NCBI GenBank assembly: GCA_965237675.1
Contig: OZ250150.1
Span: 4,256,001-4,320,000, forward strand
Source of the DNA: Candidatus Latescibacterota bacterium
GTDB taxonomy: Bacteria; Latescibacterota; UBA2968; GCA-2709665
Direction of reading: 5' to 3'
Length of the DNA stretch: 64,000 nt
How positions within the stretch are numbered: the first letter of the stretch is position 1; each line of letters opens with the position of its first letter. This document shows, in pieces, positions 57,500-64,000 of the stretch. Both the position numbers and the translations under genes were made by a program. The notes under the pieces are model-generated. The model saw only the letters and a list, made by a program, of their open reading frames with translations, was not told the DNA's origin and did not search any database.

Positions 57500-58294
57500 A
57501 TGGTCAATAGCATCCGTCGCCGGGCCCTGGACCGCGAAGTCGTTGCGGGCACGTTTTTGAACCTGGGTTCCACCATGACCGCCGAGATCGCCGGCAAGAG
57601 CGGCCTGGATTGGGTTCTAATTGACATTGAACACGGGTCATCAGATCTCGAAACCCTGCGAGTCCAGCTTCAGATCGTCTCCGGTACCCCCGCCGTACCC
57701 ATTGTCCGCATTGCGGCCAACGAACCCCCCCGCTTCAAACGCGTGCTTGACATGGGCGCATCCGGTGTTATGGTTCCGTATGTAAGCACGGCGTCCGAAG
57801 CCGAACAGGCGGTGGCCTCGACCCGATATCCTCCCCGGGGGTTTCGGGGCGTTGCCAAGTTGAACCGGGGGAGCGACTTCGGCCGGGACTTCGATGAATA
57901 TTTCGAAAGGTCCCACGAACTCCTTCTCACCGTCGTACAAATCGAAACTCCGGAAGCGGTAACCTGCATTGACGAAATTGCGTCCGTGGACGGCGTGGAC
58001 GTCTTGTTCATTGGCCCCCTCGACCTCAGCGTCAACTTGGGCATACCGCAGCAATTCAACCATCCCAGATTTCTGGACGCCAGAGCGAGGGTCTCCGAAG
58101 CCGCCAGGAGAGCGGGCAAAGCCGCGGGAATCCTGTTGCTGGATCCCGACCATCTCGAATCCACGGTACGGGACGGGTTCACCTTTATTGCGCTCGGCTC
58201 GGACGGCGGTCTCGTGGCAGCCGGCATGCAGAACATCGCTGTGGCATTCGACCCCCATAAACCGGGCGCCGTGAGTACGGCCGACCGGCGTTGA
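57500..58294 (+). CDS. HpcH/HpaI aldolase family (GarL/RhmA-like)
   Basis: DWVLIDIEHG, KRVLDMGA, RYPPRGFRG, VQIETPEA, DVLFIGPLDLS. Confidence 0.92.
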   Translation: MVNSIRRRALDREVVAGTFLNLGSTMTAEIAGKSGLDWVLIDIEHGSSDLETLRVQLQIVSGTPAVPIVRIAANEPPRFKRVLDMGASGVMVPYVSTASEAEQAVASTRYPPRGFRGVAKLNRGSDFGRDFDEYFERSHELLLTVVQIETPEAVTCIDEIASVDGVDVLFIGPLDLSVNLGIPQQFNHPRFLDARARVSEAARRAGKAAGILLLDPDHLESTVRDGFTFIALGSDGGLVAAGMQNIAVAFDPHKPGAVSTADRR

Positions 58295-58393
58295 TTCCGC
58301 CAATCAGTACGTGCGACATCTAACGCCGAGGCGGTACCGGGAATCGACATCTATCCCGCGACCGTGGCATTCCACCCACGAAGAACGTCAAAC

Positions 58394-59344
58394 ATGAGCG
58401 ACCGCCGCACACTTCGGGAATCGATGAACGCGCGTGGAGTTTACGTCTTCGTGATGACACCCATGAAAACCGTCCTGAATCGACAGGGCAGACATCGGAT
58501 CGACACGGTGGGCATGGAAACGAACGCGCGTTATTTTGCCGGGATCAAGGGCCGGAAAACCCTCGTTATCTGCGGCGGATCGGGTGAATTCTACGCCCTG
58601 TCGCCATCCGAAGTCAGAGACCTCGCTGCCGCCGCGGTCGCAGGTGCTCAGGGAAAATGCAAAATTGTATGCGGGATCGGCTGGAGCACAAAAACAGCCG
58701 TGAAGATGGCGAAAAACGCCCAGAACGTCGGCTGCGACGCCCTGCTTGTCATGCCGCACGACCCGGTCGTCACACGTGGGGAAGGGGCAATCTGGCGACA
58801 TCATCGGGCAATCGCAACAGCCGTGGATATCGGCATCATTCCCTTCCGCGCGCCCCGGCAACTCCTCTCGATAGATCTTGTGAAGCGATTTTCAATGCTC
58901 GAAAAGGTCGTCGCCATCAAGGAGGAGAGCAATGCCGTCGACTGGGTGCGTACCGGCTGCCTGGCCGTGGGAAAGGGCGTACCCATCATCACCGGGGGCG
59001 GCGAGAACATGGCGCCCTATTACTATCTCGCGGGCGCCAGGGGGTTCACTTCGGGGATGGCCAACCTCACCCTGCCGATGTCCATCAGCATGCACAACGC
59101 CGGCATTCGGCGTCGCTGGAAGACAGCGATGGAACTGCGCGACTATTTCGAGCCGCTGGCTTCGTTACGCGGAGAACTCGGCACGCCCATGCTCAAAGCC
59201 GGGCTGGAAATGATGGGTCTTGCCGGCGGGCCCCTGAGGGACACGCCACAGGCGCAATCTTCCGGTGCTCCGTCCGGCAATTCGCTCACCGCAAAAGACC
59301 GCTCCCGGGTTCGAAACCTGCTAAAGAAAAAGGGGGTGCTGTGA
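58394..59344 (+). CDS. Dihydrodipicolinate synthase family protein (KdgD-like)
   Basis: CGGSGEFYALS, DALLVMP, VVAIKE, GARGFTSG, LKAGLEMMG. Confidence 0.85.
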   Translation: MSDRRTLRESMNARGVYVFVMTPMKTVLNRQGRHRIDTVGMETNARYFAGIKGRKTLVICGGSGEFYALSPSEVRDLAAAAVAGAQGKCKIVCGIGWSTKTAVKMAKNAQNVGCDALLVMPHDPVVTRGEGAIWRHHRAIATAVDIGIIPFRAPRQLLSIDLVKRFSMLEKVVAIKEESNAVDWVRTGCLAVGKGVPIITGGGENMAPYYYLAGARGFTSGMANLTLPMSISMHNAGIRRRWKTAMELRDYFEPLASLRGELGTPMLKAGLEMMGLAGGPLRDTPQAQSSGAPSGNSLTAKDRSRVRNLLKKKGVL

Positions 59345-59422
59345 GCCCGGCTCCCCCTGGTCCGACGCCCTCACTCTGGTGAGGGAACATCAACACGCAT
59401 AATTTTAATCAGCCACCGCCGA

Positions 59423-59757
59423 TCAGTTCCCCGATCGCGATCCTGACGCGGACAGCCTTCCTTCCCCGTCGAAGTGCATCTCTACCGCTTCACCCGAAAT
59501 CTCCACGTCCGGCAACGCCGAAAGCTCTTCGAGCAATGACTCTGATGCCCAGAGATGCTCCAGTTGCAGCGTCGAACGTATCCGCATCACCCTCGCGTCC
59601 TGCGTCCGGTCTCTCCCCGACACGCCAAGAGCGATCTCGATTGCCTCCCTGTCGCTTTCACCCACGATGGGTATATATCCGCGGTTCAGGAATGTCGTGG
59701 TCATTGCGTTGGCATACGTCGCCTTGAAGTCAATATTGTCCACAAGCCGGCGCGTTG
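59423..59757 (-). pseudogene. C-terminal remnant of a lactate-racemase (LarA/DUF2088-related) domain protein
   Basis: TRRLVDNIDFKATYANAMT, SDREAIEIAL, RIRSTLQLE; the N-terminal part is absent. Confidence 0.6.
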
Positions 59758-59859
59758 GGGCAGTGACAAGCGGACTCGGGCTACGGGATCGGATACCCCC
59801 CGCCGGAGCCGGCGCGTACGGAGGCCTGAGGATCCCAACCCATCGGTCTCAGGGTCGAA

Positions 59860-60708
59860 TTACGATAACTGGAACACCGCTTCCGCATTTTTCGACGTGA
59901 TGCGCTCGCGGGAATCTTTGGACAGATCGGCTTCCCGGATATAATCCAGCAGGGGCGGGGTGCCGACGATCGAACAGGCAGGCATTGGCCGCGTGTGGAT
60001 GGTGTCTGTAGCGAACATCAACCGATGCTTCCAACGCTTCAGGAACTTCAGCCCAAATACCGGATCCCGCGTAATGGCGTTATAACCCGACTGTGCTGAG
60101 AGGTCCGCGTACAGGTTTGGATACTTTCGAAACAGCGCTTCCAGACGTCCGCCAGGCGCCACCGGTCCCCGCGGATAGCGCACGCCCGGCCTGATCTCCC
60201 CGGAGATCTCCCGCCAGAAATATTGCGCGTGTCCCACCCATTTTACATTCCCGTACGTCTTCACCATCCGCTCAAAACCGGGCAATCCGGTGTCGTCCCT
60301 GTTGATCCAATGGTCGATATGCATAACGACTGCCAACGCCAGCCGGTCGCACGCCTCGTACACGCGCTGCTGCATCGGATCGTCCACCGGGAGGCCGCAC
60401 AGATTCTCCCCATATCCCACGCAGCCCCGGTCCATATAATGCTCGATGATCGGGTACGGATCGAATTTACCGGGGTATCGATGCCTTGGATCCACGGCAC
60501 ACAGCGGCAACAAACGATCCCGGTGCGGTCGGGTGAGCTTCAGCAACTCCTTCGTCGTCATGTAGAAGTCAAGCTCCTCGGGCACTTCCACTGCCATCAC
60601 GATCCCCTTTTCGATCCCGTGACGGTCCATCCAGCGCAACAGTCTGGCCGGGGTCAAGCCCGGATCCTCCCTGACGAGTTGTCCGAGATGCAAATGGGTA
60701 TCTATCAT
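59860..60708 (-). CDS. Amidohydrolase_2 family protein (tandem paralog 2)
   Basis: MIDTHLH, GCVGYGE, YPNLYADLSA, LMFATD. Confidence 0.9.
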   Translation of the reverse strand: MIDTHLHLGQLVREDPGLTPARLLRWMDRHGIEKGIVMAVEVPEELDFYMTTKELLKLTRPHRDRLLPLCAVDPRHRYPGKFDPYPIIEHYMDRGCVGYGENLCGLPVDDPMQQRVYEACDRLALAVVMHIDHWINRDDTGLPGFERMVKTYGNVKWVGHAQYFWREISGEIRPGVRYPRGPVAPGGRLEALFRKYPNLYADLSAQSGYNAITRDPVFGLKFLKRWKHRLMFATDTIHTRPMPACSIVGTPPLLDYIREADLSKDSRERITSKNAEAVFQLS

Positions 60709-60888
60709 CGTCTACTCCTGCGCCAGCACCGACGGGTCCATTCAGGAAGGTCGCGATGCGGTATGCCAACGGTTTTATCTATAGAAGAACGTGTGTTTTC
60801 GGTTCAGACACGACACCCGACCGGGGGTCCGCAACGGATTTGCATCAACCCGGCGAATGCATTGCGCGCACAATGTATCGCAGACCCA

Positions 60889-61710
60889 TCAGATCCGGAA
60901 GACCTTCTCGGCATTTATCCGTGTAATTCGTTCGAACGCATCTTTCGACAGCGGCGCATTCCTGATGTAGTCGACAATTGGCGTTTCCTGCCCCGTGCTT
61001 AGATAGTCGGTAGCGAACATCAACCGATGTTTCCATCGCTTCAGGAACTTCACACCGAATTCCGGATCCCGCGTAATGGCCCCGTACCCTGAACCCGCGG
61101 ACAGGTCCGCGTACAGATTCCTGTACTTGCGAAACAGCGTCTCAACCCGGCCTCCGGGGGCCACCCTTCCATCGGGATAGCCCGCCCCTGCATCCACGTT
61201 CCCTGAAATCTCACGCCAGAAATGGGGTGAGTGACCGATGAATTTCACGTTCCTGTACGTCTTCAGCATGCGTTCAAACCCTGTGAGGCCGGGTTTGTCC
61301 CGATTTATCCAGGAATCGAAATGCATAACAATGGCAATTTTCAGCCGGTCGCACGCCTCGTAGACCCGTTGCTGCATCGGATCGTCCACCGGCAGTCCGC
61401 ACAAGTTCTCCCCGTAACCGACACACCCCTGATCCATGTAGCTCGCAATGATCGGGTACGGTTCAAACCGCCCCGGATAGCGGTGACGGGGATCTACGGC
61501 GCAAAGAGGCTTCAATCGGTCGCGATGGGGGCGCGTCATTCTCAGTAATTCCTTTGTTGTCACAAAGAAATCCAGTTCCTCCGGCACTTCCACCGCCATC
61601 ACCACCGCCTTTTCGATCCCCTGCCGATCCATCCAACGAAGCAGCCTGGATGGCGTCAATCCCGGGTTGTCAAATAAGAGTTGTCCCAAATGAACGTGTG
61701 TGTCGATCAT
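60889..61710 (-). CDS. Amidohydrolase_2 family protein (tandem paralog 1)
   Basis: MIDTHVH, GCVGYGE, NLYADLSAGSG, LMFATD. Confidence 0.9.
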   Translation of the reverse strand: MIDTHVHLGQLLFDNPGLTPSRLLRWMDRQGIEKAVVMAVEVPEELDFFVTTKELLRMTRPHRDRLKPLCAVDPRHRYPGRFEPYPIIASYMDQGCVGYGENLCGLPVDDPMQQRVYEACDRLKIAIVMHFDSWINRDKPGLTGFERMLKTYRNVKFIGHSPHFWREISGNVDAGAGYPDGRVAPGGRVETLFRKYRNLYADLSAGSGYGAITRDPEFGVKFLKRWKHRLMFATDYLSTGQETPIVDYIRNAPLSKDAFERITRINAEKVFRI

Positions 61711-61968
61711 CTCCCTTTCCTCCAAATGCTGGCCTGGTGCCACGGTCTCAGGCTGGAATTGCGACGATCGACCGCAATTCGGATGATCCGCCAAGTGCGT
61801 ATGTACGTATGAGTTGTTGTGTGCTGATTGCACTTCAGCGCCGAGACATCAGTGAACCCAGGAAACAAAAAAGCCGAAAGCCCACAAGACACGTCGGTGA
61901 TCGAACCGGAAAATTGGTCGCGCGCCGATGTCTGAGTCTGCGGCTATATGACGACTGCCGGAAGGGAG

Positions 61969-63168
61969 TCACCTTTTTGCGCCCGTTTCGAAGATGACTT
62001 TATCGGATTTTCCCCTGCCTTCCCCGTCTTTCGAACCCTTCCCCAGCGTATCCATGATGAGTAGCGAAATCGACTGGACGGTCTCATCGAGATCCGAATT
62101 CTCAAATGCCGGCACCCCGGCGCCATCGCCAACGTCCAGAATATGCTGCTGGATCTTCATGATCTGGTCCAGATATTTGATATACCGGTGCCGCGTTCGA
62201 CCGGCGGCACCTTTTCCACGACTTTCAAAACGATCCGTAAATTGCTGCAAATCAGTAAGATATAGATTCACATGGATAAAGAGCGCCTTTTTTGAATACG
62301 CTTCCAGTGCGAGCAGGTCGGGCATCAGGTGAACACCGTCCACGATCAGGCTTACATTTTCGTCAATCGCCCGTTCGATGGTCGCCCGCACGCCCACACA
62401 GACTCGTGCGGCCTGCTCGCGAAAGCCGTAGACCACGGGATCGGGCGCCTCGACGGTCGGTACGGGGATCGCCTCCCAGGCCGCATACGACGAGACCTGC
62501 AATGCGGGCATGAGGTCGGCCGCGATCATCAACCGCATAACCTGCCGGATCCCGTCGGTGGACGCCACCCGCGACACCCGCAACAGATTGGCGAGCGCCA
62601 CGCCTACCGTTGTCTTGCCGACGCCGGTCCCCCCGCCAATCAGGACAATCAGGGGTATTGTCTGCCCGCCTTTGCGAAACTGGTTCCAGATGCCGTACCG
62701 TTCGGCAAACACGTCGCCGGAATCTTTTCGCAGTATGTTCAACGTCGCTTTCAGAATGTCTTCACGGGTAACGACCGTGTTGTCGTTCCGGATGAAATCG
62801 CCCTCGATTCGCTCGGCGATCCGATAGGCCTGGCTTTCGTCAACTCCGGTGATCGCCAGGGAGTCGGAGAGATGGTCTTTTGAAAAAGGGCGGGTTCCCA
62901 GGTCGTCTTCGACCAGTATCTGCCTGGATCGTGGCGCCCAGAAAACACCGTCTCCCACGGGTCGGTCGGCGAACAGCTCACGCGCGTGGGTATGTACCAG
63001 ATCGATCATCTTGCCGGCGGGCACCTTTTTCTGCTTCTGAATGGAATTTCTGACCCGGTCTGCGACCTGGTATGCCTCCCGGAAGGAGAACCCCTGCTCC
63101 AGCAGATAGTGCGTAAGCATCCCTCTTAAGAACGGAATGCGCCTTCCGCTATCGACAATGATGGCCAC
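61969..63168 (-). CDS. 2-phosphoglycerate kinase-like protein with two ATP-cone-like domains
   Basis: IPFLRGML and RPFSKDHL cone-like starts; IGGGTGVGKTT, STDGIRQVMR, LIVDGVHLMP. Confidence 0.85.
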   Translation of the reverse strand: MAIIVDSGRRIPFLRGMLTHYLLEQGFSFREAYQVADRVRNSIQKQKKVPAGKMIDLVHTHARELFADRPVGDGVFWAPRSRQILVEDDLGTRPFSKDHLSDSLAITGVDESQAYRIAERIEGDFIRNDNTVVTREDILKATLNILRKDSGDVFAERYGIWNQFRKGGQTIPLIVLIGGGTGVGKTTVGVALANLLRVSRVASTDGIRQVMRLMIAADLMPALQVSSYAAWEAIPVPTVEAPDPVVYGFREQAARVCVGVRATIERAIDENVSLIVDGVHLMPDLLALEAYSKKALFIHVNLYLTDLQQFTDRFESRGKGAAGRTRHRYIKYLDQIMKIQQHILDVGDGAGVPAFENSDLDETVQSISLLIMDTLGKGSKDGEGRGKSDKVIFETGAKR

Positions 63169-63360
63169 GGTAGCCCCCGGTTATGTGAGACGCCGCAGTT
63201 GAAACCCACGTGCTGACTCGAAAAAAACGAGGCCGAGGCAAGAGACTGCCCCGTTAGAATTAGACCGGTCGGTGAACGGAAGTCAACCGAAATTGCATGC
63301 GACCGACTTTTAACACCTATCTCCCTAACTTTGGTCCGCCGGGGCCTTTCGCCGAACAGA

Positions 63361-64000
63361 TTACCCCTTGACCGGGACGAGATTCAGCGGATACCCAGAA
63401 AGGGTTTCCACGCCCGTGGGTGTAATCAGAAACGTATTCTCCAGGCGGATTCCCGAACGCAGGTCGTTGCTATATGCCCCGGGCTCGCAGGAAAACACGT
63501 CTCCAACTTCAAAGACCGCGTCGCGGTCCCGATTGATATCCGGCGCCTCGTGCGGCCGCAGCCCAACACCGTGGCCGCCATGGTGGATCAACCCGGAATC
63601 CGCCAGGTGAGCGTGTTCCCGAATGCGTGCGTCGACCGTCTTCCACAGCGCCGTTGCACTTTCCCCCGGCCTGACCAGGCCTGGAATATCGGTCAATATT
63701 CCAGCAAGGTGCTCGTAGACTGACATCTGCAGATCCGTGGGTTCCCCACCGACCGCAAAGGTACGTGCCAGATCCGACCAGTATCCGCGATAGGTGGACT
63801 GGGCGTCGATAATGTAGAGTTCGCCCGCCTCGATTTCTCGATCCCTCGCGGTCCCGCCAATGACGCCCGCCTGGTAGTCACCCCCATGATAGACCACCTC
63901 GCCCGCGGCCTGCATCGCCGCCTGTTGCGCCTCGGCGAGCACATCCAGTTCCTTCACCCCCGGTTCAATCACTTCCTGGGCCCGCGTATATGCCGCCAGA
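63361..64000 (-). CDS. M24 family (Xaa-Pro) peptidase, C-terminal part
   Basis: YRGYWSDLART, HHGGHGVGLRPHEAP, SCEPGAY, GIRLENT; 5' end lies outside the window. Confidence 0.9.
   Translation of the reverse strand, partial: LAAYTRAQEVIEPGVKELDVLAEAQQAAMQAAGEVVYHGGDYQAGVIGGTARDREIEAGELYIIDAQSTYRGYWSDLARTFAVGGEPTDLQMSVYEHLAGILTDIPGLVRPGESATALWKTVDARIREHAHLADSGLIHHGGHGVGLRPHEAPDINRDRDAVFEVGDVFSCEPGAYSNDLRSGIRLENTFLITPTGVETLSGYPLNLVPVKG

Noticed and set aside
1-64000. CRISPR arrays, tRNA/rRNA genes, intact transposases or prophage genes
   Set aside because: No regularly spaced repeats, cloverleaf signatures, DDE/integrase motifs or phage motifs were seen by eye

Overview
GC-rich bacterial chromosome segment. 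Its gene content (DUF6785-type membrane protein, M28-FtsX fusion, many amidohydrolases and sugar-acid enzymes, a large transglutaminase-like protein) resembles Latescibacterota/WS3-like genomes, but that taxonomy is only an inference. The housekeeping core is ilvN-leuACDB-cimA-alaC-argJ-aspC-accA, comEC, and truA-htrA-pssA-tatA-gatAB. Accessory regions carry two lower-GC ABC-exporter inserts, a mosaic tandem duplication at 40.9-45.7 kb and several truncated genes. Most notable observations: (1) an ECF sigma factor fused to domains II-III of a DnaN beta sliding clamp with the peptide-binding pocket largely retained; (2) two NrdR-like boxes 31 bp apart overlapping a promoter pointing at comEC; (3) an unannotated Leu-rich leader peptide with alternative RNA pairings upstream of ilvN-leuA; (4) leuB apparently starting at CUG; (5) a TPR/DUF6785/nicastrin-like-M28-FtsX membrane system; (6) a eukaryote-type NT5C3 nucleotidase; (7) a candidate sRNA and two micro-ORFs. 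I saw no rRNA, tRNA, CRISPR array or intact transposase. All calls come from reading motifs by eye; no database searches were run.
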